A stretch of 64,000 bases of DNA. Source: an uncultured virus (IMG/VR IMGVR_UViG_2061766007_000491). Lineage: Duplodnaviria; Heunggongvirae; Uroviricota; Caudoviricetes. How positions within the stretch are numbered: the first letter of the stretch is position 1; each line of letters begins with the position of its first letter. The notes under the pieces were generated by a model that was not told where the DNA came from, did not search any database, and saw only the letters and a list, made by a program, of their open reading frames with translations. The stretch lies in the IMG/VR virus record IMGVR_UViG_2061766007_000491; one strand, 5' to 3'. This document shows positions 1-8,461 of the stretch, piece by piece. The translations under genes and the position numbers were made by a program.

Positions 1-51
1 AGCATAGGATTTCCACGGCGGATGCCGTTGTGCCGAAGGCACTTATGGTAC

Positions 52-87
52 ATACTAATAGTGAGTATTTTTACTTACTATTAGTAT
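52..87. repeat. 16-bp AT-rich inverted repeat (one mismatch) upstream of the cassette array
   Basis: ATACTAATAGTGAGTA (52-67), TTTT loop, TACTTACTATTAGTAT (72-87); TATAAT overlaps the right arm at 85-90. Confidence 0.8.
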
Positions 88-168
88 AATTATTTTATAA
101 TAGATAGAGGCACAAGGGGTTATGGATGTCCAGCCCGAAGAGGCTAGACGAGTGGGAGTAGAAGGGTA

Positions 169-2891
169 AATGGTGTAGCCAGAGGTGGATTTTATAGTAC
201 AAGTCAAGTGTTAAATGTCAGGTGTGGAGGGTTAAGATGGGAGAGGGTAGGGACTTATGCGGGGGATAGAGTAGGGTTTCGTTTGAATGGTGTAATGAGG
301 TGTGGGTCATATAGGAGTGATGATATGCCTTACAGGGCGAGGATAGGGAGTAGGATACAATTAAGGTGGACGGCGGTATCTAGTATAGTAGGGTTTCGTT
401 TGAATGGTGTATATCGGGGAGGGGGCTGCTCAGACAATAGTAAGCGTAAGGTTAAGGTGTGCAGGGAATAGGTATGGTGATACATCGAGGCATCAGGGGA
501 CTGCGATCATAGGGTTTCGCTGTGAATGGTGTAATAAGGAGTGGAGCTTACACCTTAGTGAGTACAGGGTTAGCAAGGATGGGATATAGGAATCAGTATC
601 AGGTACATAGTAGTGCTAGGGAGTATATAGGGTTTCGCTGAATGGTGTAATAGTGGGAGTAAGTAGATATGGTAATGCGGATAGGGTGAGGTGTGGTTAT
701 AGGTTTAGTGGGTATAAGAGGTATAGTAATTATAGTGACTTAGGGTTTCGTTTGATCTGTGAATGGTGTATATCGGGGAGGCCAGCAAAATTCATCTAGT
801 GCGGATAAGCAGAGGATAGGTAGGAGAGGGAATCCGAACAGGAATAATACACAGGAATATGCAGGGTTTCGTCTGTGAATGGTGTATGGGCAGGTGGGCA
901 ATATGCAGGTAATTCACATAGTGCAAGGGGTAGTTCTAGGTCAGGTGGGTACAGGTTAGGATATGTGAATGATACTTTAGGGTTTCGTACTGTGTGAATG
1001 GTAATGTAGGGTTAAAAAGAGGGACTAGCTTTACACAGTTAAGTGTTTATGGAAGGTGTGGGTATAGAAGTAGTGGGAATATATTGTATGGTAACGGTGT
1101 GAATTTAGGGTTTCGTCTGTGAATGGTGTAATACGAGGTGGGGCTTATAGTCATGTAAGTCTAAGGAATAGCGTGTTTAGGAGGAATGGGAGTTACCCAC
1201 AGGAACATAGTTATACGAGTAGTGCAGTAGGGTTTCGCTGAATGGTGTTAGTAGGAGTGGGGCTTATAATAGTGCAACAGATAGGTATAGAGTGGCTAGA
1301 AGGAATGGGGGTAATAAAAAGAATAGTGTGTTTGGAGAAATAGGGTTTCGTACTGTGAATGGTGTTATTGTAGGTGGAGGGAATGCAGCTAATAGTTACA
1401 GGGGTAGAAGTAGTATAAGGTTAGATGCTAGAAGGAATGAGGTGAAGGATTATAGAGGGTTTCGTTTATCTGAATGGTGTATTTAGAGGTGGAGGGTTCA
1501 CGGCTAGTAAGGAATTGTATTTTAGGTGTGGAGGGGTTAGGTGGAATGAGCGGTACAGGACGTTTGTGAATAACGCATTAGGGTTTCGCTGGGGTGTGAA
1601 TGGTGTAAGGGTGGGAGGCGCATATTATAGTCAACCACCGATGTTTATAAGGAGTGGAGCGAGGAGTAATTATCCAGTATTGAGTTATGTAAGTACGACA
1701 TTAGGGTTTCGTTCTGAATGGTGTGTTACGGGGTGGGTATATTAGCACAGGTCAAGTGTTAAATGTTAGGAGTGGGAAGAGGGATATTAGGGTAAAGACG
1801 TTAGATGATGGTGCTAGAGGGTTTCGTTTACTGATTCTGTGAATGGTGTAGTGAGAGGTGGGAATTACAGTAGGGATTATAAGGTGTATATGAATAGGTG
1901 TGGGTTTAGATATAAGGATGCAACATTAAGAGGGCAAGGAGGGTTTCGTCTGTGTGAATGGTGTATTAAGGGGGAATACTTATGGGCCAGCATATAGATC
2001 AAGACCTGGTTGGAGGAGGAATGATTATTGGGTAAGGGTAGATAGTGCAATAGGGTTTCGTCTGAATGGTGTAGTAAGGTCTAGTGATATTATATATAGT
2101 TCAACAAAGACGGTTAGAATGAGGTGCGCTTACAGGACGTATTTGATAAATACATGGAGTAGTACGGCGGTAAATGTAGGGTTTCGTTTGGGGTGTGAAT
2201 GGTGTTAGTAGAGGTGGAAGGGCTGGACATTTAGCGTGGTTTATAAGGAGTAGTAGGAGGTGGGATAGTTATGGTTATGTTATAGGGAATGGGAATGTAG
2301 GGTTTCGCCTGAATGGTGTACGCAGGGGTGGTGTATATAACGATTATGCACGGTATTGTAAGAGTGTGTATAGGAATAGCTATGCAAAGGCTAATGGGCA
2401 TAGAGAGATAGGGTTTCGTTTTGAATGGTGTATTTAGAGGTGGGAATTGGTATCAGAGACCTTCATATACGAGGATAGTGCTTAGGAGCGGGAGTGAAAA
2501 AAGGAGTTATGTGCTTCTTAGTATAGGGTTTCGCTGTGAATGGTGTAATGCGTAGTGGGCAGTTTAGTTGGGCATATACGAGTTACATTAGAAGTGGGTT
2601 TAGAAGGGGTGGAAGGGTAGCTAATAGTGCAAGTGGGAGTGACATAGGGTTTCGTTCTGAATGGTGCTATAAGAGGTAGTGGTTTGATATACTTAACTCA
2701 TTATAAGCCGAGGAGTGCGTTTAGAATGTACTTGAATAACAATTATGTGCAATCAGGGTGGAGTGATTTAGGGTTTCGTTCTGAATGGTGTAGTTAAGGG
2801 AGGTGCTGCGGATGCGTTATCGGATAGGCAGAGGGCAGCTAGGGTAAGGGATGTAGGATTAAGATATACGGGTGCGCATACAGGGTTTCGT
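169..2891 (+). repeat. Tandem array of 23 variable cassettes (period 111-128 bp), each encoding an FGE/CLec-fold variable-region-like peptide
   Basis: AGGGTTTCG at 273,390,511,629,742,863,979,1107,1229,1342,1456,1580,1703,1818,1940,2052,2178,2299,2410,2525,2646,2770,2882. All but the last are followed after 2-14 nt by GAATGGT. Interiors are all different but translate as NGVxRGG...RxxxR...GFR. Confidence 0.95.
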
Positions 2892-2920
2892 TTGACAGAC
2901 CTGTATGTTATGTGTAAAAT
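2892..2920 (+). promoter_or_regulatory. sigma70-type promoter directly after the last cassette
   Basis: TTGACA (2892-2897), 17 nt, TAAAAT (2915-2920); same boxes as the promoters at 9363 and 13908. Confidence 0.7.
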
Positions 2921-2930
2921 GTTATGTGCT

Positions 2931-3551
2931 ATGAGGTACGAGCATTTTGTGGTGAGTGCAGACCAAGCGAGGTTGACGGAGGACACGGAAAGGCTGAACA
3001 AGTTTTTATCGGGGCATACGATCAATAACGTGCGCAGTGTATTCAGTGAGGCGTTAAAGGGCTGGTATTATGCGGTGGAGTACAGCGACAAGGAAGGGGT
3101 TTATATCCCAGACAAGGCAACGGAGCAGAAGGGTGTACGCACGACCTATGTAAACAGTTCTGAGTCAATCAAGGAGAAGATGGCTAAGAAGAGGCGTGAC
3201 TTCTTGAAGGAAATGACGGATGAAGAGTTTGCGAAAATGTGGATATTAAGAGAGTGCCGTAAGTTCATAGCGACCGAGGAAGGTAAGCGACCCATGTATA
3301 TTTTTCTGGACAAGCATTTTTCGGAAATGATAAAGCAGAATAACTTTACACTGGAATTTATGCGGACGCTGGAAGGTATAGGCGACAGGGCTACTAAGTA
3401 TGGGCAACGGTTACTAAAGTATTACGAAGTAAAGGTACAACAGGACTTGTCTGATTACATAGTACGGACGCAGGCACTAAGGGAGTCTGAGGCGAGCGAT
3501 GAGATAGACAGGGACGGTACAGAGGAAATGGAAGAACAGGAGTTGATTTAG
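2931..3551 (+). CDS. hypothetical protein
   Basis: ORF track 2892..3551; start moved to ATG 2931 because the TTG at 2892 lies in the -35 box. Confidence 0.7.
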   Translation: MRYEHFVVSADQARLTEDTERLNKFLSGHTINNVRSVFSEALKGWYYAVEYSDKEGVYIPDKATEQKGVRTTYVNSSESIKEKMAKKRRDFLKEMTDEEFAKMWILRECRKFIATEEGKRPMYIFLDKHFSEMIKQNNFTLEFMRTLEGIGDRATKYGQRLLKYYEVKVQQDLSDYIVRTQALRESEASDEIDRDGTEEMEEQELI

Positions 3552-3554
3552 AGT

Positions 3555-4973
3555 ATGTTAAGCAGTAAAGAAGCAAAGAGAATCATGCCGAAAGCAGAGC
3601 GTAAGTCAAGGAAGTGGTGTAACAGACACAGGTTTTATGAGTTGTTAGCATCCCAGGCAGAGCAGTACATAAGGAAGTACGATGGCAGGGACGCAGAGAG
3701 CATTGAGTTGAACATCTTTCTGAGGCATAGCTATGGTGTGTTCAAGGAGCTAGAGGAAAAGTCTTATGAAAAGATGAACAAGTGGCATGAACTCTACATT
3801 GAAGAGGAACAGGAGAGGAAAGAGAAGCTGGAACAGGAACAGCGGAAGGAAGAGGGGTCTGAACAGTTAGGTACTGTATTAAAGGGTGTATTGGCTAAGA
3901 AGTATAAGAAGCTGTTACAGTGGGCAAGAGAAGGGTTATGTGGCTGTAGTGATGAAGAGGAACGGCTGGCTTGGGGAAAAGTAATAGTGAGTTTGAAGAA
4001 CACTATAGCGAATGGCTGGGTTGCTCCGTACCTGTTTATAGAAGAGGACAGCAGAGCGCAACAGTTGTATGGAGGATTATTGAGCAGGTTTAATGATGAA
4101 TGCGCTGAGGAAGTGGATGAAGAGGGAGTAGAGTTGACCGATGAAGAGAAAAGGGAGTTTGCAAATAACTATAGAACACCAGAAGAGATATTAGGGTCTG
4201 ATTGGGTAGAGATACTGCATAAGTATATGTATAAGCTGGTGGAGTATGCTAAGGAACGTATAGATCGTGAACAAGAGGCTAAGACACATAATGAAAAGTT
4301 GCAGATAGCTCTTAGCAATGTGCATGAGGCGTTAAAGATGTCGCTAAACGGTTATACCTTGCCTAATTTTGGCTACTTCACAGAGGAATATAAGGTGTAT
4401 AGTATTCTGGTATATGACTTGGCTTGTAGTTTGTTGGATGATAAGCTACGGTCTTTGGTGGATGAGAAGTTACGGTGTACCTATGAAATGGTGCTGAATC
4501 ACCTAGAGGGTATGGTGATGGACACTGAGGAAGAGAAAGAGGCGTTAAAGAGGGTGATACAGGCTGTTAAGAATGGGTTAAAAGAGGGTATAAGACCCGT
4601 ATTCCCCGAAAAAACGGAACTGAATATCTTTATGTCAGCATGGAACTACATAGACCAGCTACAGAAGGCTGCACGGACTAAACCGCTTATAGCAATGCCT
4701 TGGTATGAAGGGTTAAGCGATGAAGAGATCAGGGGTAGGAATGCAACGTGCTTAAAGAGGCATATCGCTTTTATGCTGGATATTTGCGCAGAAGAGGATA
4801 AAGAGGCATGGCAAAGCCTGATGGACAAGTGCGATAAAGATTTGAACGTGGATGATCTGACACCGAGAGAGTTTAAGGTGTATAGTTGGATATGGTTTGA
4901 GGAAAACGAAGAGCGTAAGAAGCAGTTACAGAAGGAACCACAGTATAAGGTGGAAATGATCGAGGAGGAGTAG
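3555..4973 (+). CDS. hypothetical Glu/Lys-rich helical protein
   Basis: 472 aa ORF tightly packed between neighbours. Confidence 0.8.
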   Translation: MLSSKEAKRIMPKAERKSRKWCNRHRFYELLASQAEQYIRKYDGRDAESIELNIFLRHSYGVFKELEEKSYEKMNKWHELYIEEEQERKEKLEQEQRKEEGSEQLGTVLKGVLAKKYKKLLQWAREGLCGCSDEEERLAWGKVIVSLKNTIANGWVAPYLFIEEDSRAQQLYGGLLSRFNDECAEEVDEEGVELTDEEKREFANNYRTPEEILGSDWVEILHKYMYKLVEYAKERIDREQEAKTHNEKLQIALSNVHEALKMSLNGYTLPNFGYFTEEYKVYSILVYDLACSLLDDKLRSLVDEKLRCTYEMVLNHLEGMVMDTEEEKEALKRVIQAVKNGLKEGIRPVFPEKTELNIFMSAWNYIDQLQKAARTKPLIAMPWYEGLSDEEIRGRNATCLKRHIAFMLDICAEEDKEAWQSLMDKCDKDLNVDDLTPREFKVYSWIWFEENEERKKQLQKEPQYKVEMIEEE

Positions 4974-4974
4974 G

Positions 4975-5730
4975 ATGTTCGAGAAGGTAAGCTGGATAAT
5001 CCCGACAATGTGGAAGCACACGTTGTTTTTTCGGTTGCTGGATAAAGTGAGCAAGGCAGACAATGGGGATGAAGTGATCGTGATAGATAATGTGAATAGC
5101 AATAAGCACATTAAGTTACCGAACGTGAGACAGGTGTTTATCAGTACGAACAGCTTTGTCAATCCAGCTTGGAACCTAGGCGTGAGTCTGAGCCATAACG
5201 AGGCGATATGCTTAGTAAACGATGACGTGATGTTTACTTATGAGGTGTATAGGAAACAGTTATTAGATGCCTTGAATGAGGACGAGCATAGCTTGTTACT
5301 GAGTTATAAGAGGCGGTTTTACAATATACAGGATAAGACAGATGAAGAGTTACTGAGGGCTTATCCTGTGTTGGTTGACCCTGTGGATTCTGCACCTGGA
5401 TGGAAGCTGGTCACGCCAGAGGTGGATGCCGAGCCTGATGAACCGTTCTGGGGTACAGGTTTTGTGCAGGGCATGGCATATAAGCATTATCCAGCTATAC
5501 CAGCGCAGTTGAGGATATTTTTTGGGGATAATTGGATTAGGGAAGTGTATAAGGCGAATGGATGGAGACGATTGTTAAGTCACTGCAAGATAGTGGGTAG
5601 GCTGAACGGCACGGTGGGTACGTTTAATTGGGATAGCATTGGTAGGGATAAAGGTCGGGTCTGGGAGGGTGAAGTGGATTATTATTACGGTGTGTGTGCG
5701 CCAAAATTTGAAACGAAGCGTCTATATTAA
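4975..5730 (+). CDS. glycosyltransferase family 2 (GT-A fold)
   Basis: IIPT start, VIVIDN, VNPAWNLG, LVNDDV (DxD-type) and FFGDNW motifs. Confidence 0.8.
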   Translation: MFEKVSWIIPTMWKHTLFFRLLDKVSKADNGDEVIVIDNVNSNKHIKLPNVRQVFISTNSFVNPAWNLGVSLSHNEAICLVNDDVMFTYEVYRKQLLDALNEDEHSLLLSYKRRFYNIQDKTDEELLRAYPVLVDPVDSAPGWKLVTPEVDAEPDEPFWGTGFVQGMAYKHYPAIPAQLRIFFGDNWIREVYKANGWRRLLSHCKIVGRLNGTVGTFNWDSIGRDKGRVWEGEVDYYYGVCAPKFETKRLY

Positions 5731-5745
5731 AGGCGAGGATAAAAT

Positions 5746-6390
5746 ATGTTCGACATTATTGACAGGAACGGAAAGAAAGAGTTGTTCAGGTGGTTTCAGG
5801 CGGTGAATAAGCCCATGAAGGTTGTGGTTATTCCCGATGAAGTGGAAGCTCTGTGCAACTATACTTTTAGCAATCACAGTGTGGGTCAGGTGGATTTGAT
5901 CTGGATGCCAGACACGATCACTGAGATTCCTATGTATTGCTTCTACAAATGCACGGCTAGGGCTATACGCATGAGCAGAAACGTGAAAACGATTGGTGAA
6001 TATGCGTTTGCGAATATGCCGAACTTATGGATGCTGAAAGTGCCAGAGGGTTGCAATCTGGGTATTAAGCGGTACGATGGTACTTGGATGAACCAGAACA
6101 CCGTATTTTACAACAGCCCGAAACACGCTCCAAAATGGAGTCCCTGGATTGACTTTGGTACAGAATACGACACGGCAACGGTGCTGTGGGAAGGTGATGA
6201 AGGGAATGTACTGTTAAAGAGTCTGGACTTAAAGAATTGGGAAGTAGTGGATGAAGGCAAGGGTGTGTATCAATACCCGCTGGATGGTGTGAAACGGTGC
6301 TTTAAGGTGGGTGCTAAGAATGTGAACCCGACCCAGAGAACCAAAGACCAGACCTATGTGTCACGGACTAAGACGATCGTGATTAAGTAA
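5746..6390 (+). CDS. BspA-type leucine-rich repeat protein
   Basis: IPDEVEAL..YTF, MPDTITEIPMYCF, NVKTIGEYAFANMPNL repeats. Confidence 0.7.
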   Translation: MFDIIDRNGKKELFRWFQAVNKPMKVVVIPDEVEALCNYTFSNHSVGQVDLIWMPDTITEIPMYCFYKCTARAIRMSRNVKTIGEYAFANMPNLWMLKVPEGCNLGIKRYDGTWMNQNTVFYNSPKHAPKWSPWIDFGTEYDTATVLWEGDEGNVLLKSLDLKNWEVVDEGKGVYQYPLDGVKRCFKVGAKNVNPTQRTKDQTYVSRTKTIVIK

Positions 6391-6451
6391 ACGATTTTTC
6401 GGCGTGGGGTTAGGGTTATTTTTATTATTATCGTAAATTATTGCTATGGGA

Positions 6452-6480
6452 GGGGCGGTCTGAGTGGACTGCCCTTTTTT
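6452..6480 (+). terminator. rho-independent terminator
   Basis: GGGCGGTC-TGAGTG-GACTGCCC followed by a T run. Confidence 0.7.
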
Positions 6481-6488
6481 GTGTAGAT

Positions 6489-6893
6489 ATGGCTGACGAA
6501 AAAGAATTTAGAGACGATGACGAGATTTCCGCAGAGGAGTATGCGGATGAGCCTGTGGACGACATGGAAGAGCCTGGTGATGACGAAGAATCAGAGCCAG
6601 AGGAGGATGATATTACGGATGATGAGGATGGGATTGAGGATAAGGAAATGGTAGAGATCAGTTCTGAGAGCGATACGGGTGATGTATCGTTCAAGTTCCA
6701 TATCGGCGATAAGGAGAGTGCGCCACAGGACAGGGCAGGTGCGGTGAGTGTGCTGGATAGTGTGGATGGATTTACAGCGGATGATGAGCCTATTGATGTG
6801 GATGCGTTACTGGATGAAGCGGAGGACACAGGAAGCGTAGAGTTCTGGGTGAGTCCAGAGGATAGGGAAAAGATAGAGGGCTGGATGATATGA
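6489..6893 (+). CDS. highly acidic hypothetical protein
   Basis: ORF track 6441..6893; likely start ATG 6489 downstream of the terminator; Asp/Glu-rich. Confidence 0.7.
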   Translation: MADEKEFRDDDEISAEEYADEPVDDMEEPGDDEESEPEEDDITDDEDGIEDKEMVEISSESDTGDVSFKFHIGDKESAPQDRAGAVSVLDSVDGFTADDEPIDVDALLDEAEDTGSVEFWVSPEDREKIEGWMI

Positions 6894-7189
6894 GTTTCAG
6901 GCGTTTACAAGAGGCGATGGATAAGGAGGAGACACAGGCATTCTTGGAAAGGAGTCTGACGACTGCGGACGTGTTGGAATACGCAGAGGGGGATAAGGGA
7001 ACAGTGGTGAGTTTCAGGGTGGACACGGATGACGATGAAGAGCCTAAGTTTGGTTCTGTGGAGTTGTTAAGGAACGAGGATGGTAGCTTTGATGTGTTTA
7101 GTATAAAGATAGATGGAGAGGAACACGTTAAGGGTAAAGAACGTCTATATTTATCTGACTTGGAAAATTTAATTAGATATGGCGAGTGA
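6890..7189 (+). CDS. hypothetical protein
   Basis: 99 aa ORF with ATGA overlap to the upstream gene. Confidence 0.7.
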   Translation: MSFRRLQEAMDKEETQAFLERSLTTADVLEYAEGDKGTVVSFRVDTDDDEEPKFGSVELLRNEDGSFDVFSIKIDGEEHVKGKERLYLSDLENLIRYGE

Positions 7190-7772
7190 CGTTATACAGC
7201 GATTAGAGAGTCTGCTTGAGTATATAGACTATAGTGCTATTGTTCGGTCGAGCAAGAAAAAGGACTATAGTTTGCTTAGACATAAGAAGGATAAGAGCTA
7301 TTCAAGACTGACTCTTGATGTATTTACGGATGCGGAGAAGTATGAAATGGTTAGCAGGTGCTATACAGATGTGTATAGAAATGGGTTTGCGGTGGTTTAT
7401 CAGGATGGGGAGCCATTCTTGAAGTTTGCGAATGACCGATATTTACTGTGCTATAGCTTAACGAAACAGGCAGGTGGGCGCATGGTGAAGGTGAGTGTGA
7501 AGCCTGGTTTTAAGTTTGGGGATGTAATTAGTTTGGACAGAGCGGTGGAAATACTGAGGGATGGATTCTTAGCGTTTTTAGAGGATGCGCTGATCGTGAA
7601 GGTGGGCTACAATGGGCCTGTGGAGGGTGACAGGATGACGTGGCAGTACATTCAGGACAAGGGTAGTGACAAGTTGAAGGGGTATTATGTGGAGTTTGCA
7701 AAGATGTCTTGGTCGAAGCTGTATGAGAAAGCACAGAGGATAGGCGAAGAGCCAAAGCCGATTGAGTATTGA
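7179..7772 (+). CDS. hypothetical protein, candidate internal head protein
   Basis: 197 aa ORF; N-terminal IQRLESLLE leader. Confidence 0.65.
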   Translation: MASDVIQRLESLLEYIDYSAIVRSSKKKDYSLLRHKKDKSYSRLTLDVFTDAEKYEMVSRCYTDVYRNGFAVVYQDGEPFLKFANDRYLLCYSLTKQAGGRMVKVSVKPGFKFGDVISLDRAVEILRDGFLAFLEDALIVKVGYNGPVEGDRMTWQYIQDKGSDKLKGYYVEFAKMSWSKLYEKAQRIGEEPKPIEY

Positions 7773-8130
7773 TTTTATGGAGAGTGATGGTTTTTTACGT
7801 TTAGAGAATGTGGGAACAGTGAGGGGGTATGAGGGGAACAGAGAAGTAAAGGGTGTGATGGTGATAAACGCCAAGCGGATAGGGGACGGAGCGTTTAGGA
7901 ACTGCGGTAAGGTGAAAGAGGTGATATTACAGGATGTGGCAGAGATAGGCGCAGAGTCGTTTTTAGGTTGTGGGAAGCTGCGGAAGGTGGTAGTAGTAGG
8001 GTCGTGTTATAAAATGGGCGAGAAAGCCTTTTCTGGCTGTGGAAAGCTGGATGTAGTGGTTCTGCCCAAGACGATGAAGAGCTATCCAGTAAATGCGATA
8101 CCAAAGAATGCTAAGGTTTTAGTAGAATGA
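7762..8130 (+). CDS. BspA-type leucine-rich repeat protein
   Basis: IGDGAFRNCGKV, IGAESFLGCGKL, MGEKAFSGCGKL repeats. Confidence 0.85.
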   Translation: MSIDFMESDGFLRLENVGTVRGYEGNREVKGVMVINAKRIGDGAFRNCGKVKEVILQDVAEIGAESFLGCGKLRKVVVVGSCYKMGEKAFSGCGKLDVVVLPKTMKSYPVNAIPKNAKVLVE

Positions 8131-8459
8131 AACAAGCGATCAGAGATTTATACACGTTGCTAGAGAGCTTTGAGCCGATTGTGTTAGGCGATTGGGATGA
8201 CCTGAGACAGTGCTTGAGGAGCTTTGGCGAGGACAATTACAATGCGAAGGTGGGGAATTGGGAGATTTATGGGGACAGGGCTGGTACATGGGATTTAGAG
8301 TATAAGAAGATGCCGATACTGGACTGTAATTTGTATTTAGTGAAGGAAGTGCCTAACCTGAATGATTGTGAGGGGATGAAGGAACTGGTACAGATCATGC
8401 GTAAGGAATTGCCGTACTTCCATTATATGCCTTTAGAGAAGAAACTAGGATTGAGATAG
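8127..8459 (+). CDS. hypothetical protein, paralogue of the N-terminal part of 8462..9331
   Basis: ESFEPIVLGDWDDLRQCLRSF vs ESEEPIPFRDFGKLSRCLRLF. Confidence 0.7.
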   Translation: MKQAIRDLYTLLESFEPIVLGDWDDLRQCLRSFGEDNYNAKVGNWEIYGDRAGTWDLEYKKMPILDCNLYLVKEVPNLNDCEGMKELVQIMRKELPYFHYMPLEKKLGLR

Positions 8460-8461
8460 AT

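Noticed and set aside
285..293. GAATGGTGT read as the FGE 'EWC' motif
   Set aside because: It is out of frame with the RGG...GFR segment in the intact units, and NGVxRGG fits the usual NRVxRGG context; worth rechecking once a target gene is found
208..2437. ORF-track ORFs inside the array (208, 404, 1292, 1515, 1954, 2195) as real genes
   Set aside because: They arise from in-frame junctions or frame switches between cassettes and lack convincing starts or RBS
169..2891. CRISPR array interpretation of the repeats
   Set aside because: The conserved part is two ~8-9 nt anchors separated by a variable 2-14 nt linker, the intervening segments are ~95-105 nt and share a protein motif in one frame, and no cas genes are visible
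169..2891. Canonical DGR (TR/VR pair)
   Set aside because: No two units are near-identical with differences only at adenines, unit lengths differ, and no RT or Avd is recognisable in the window; a non-canonical RT-based mechanism is not excluded
169..2891. Shufflon-type inversion system
   Set aside because: All units are in the same orientation and no inverted copies of the anchors were seen
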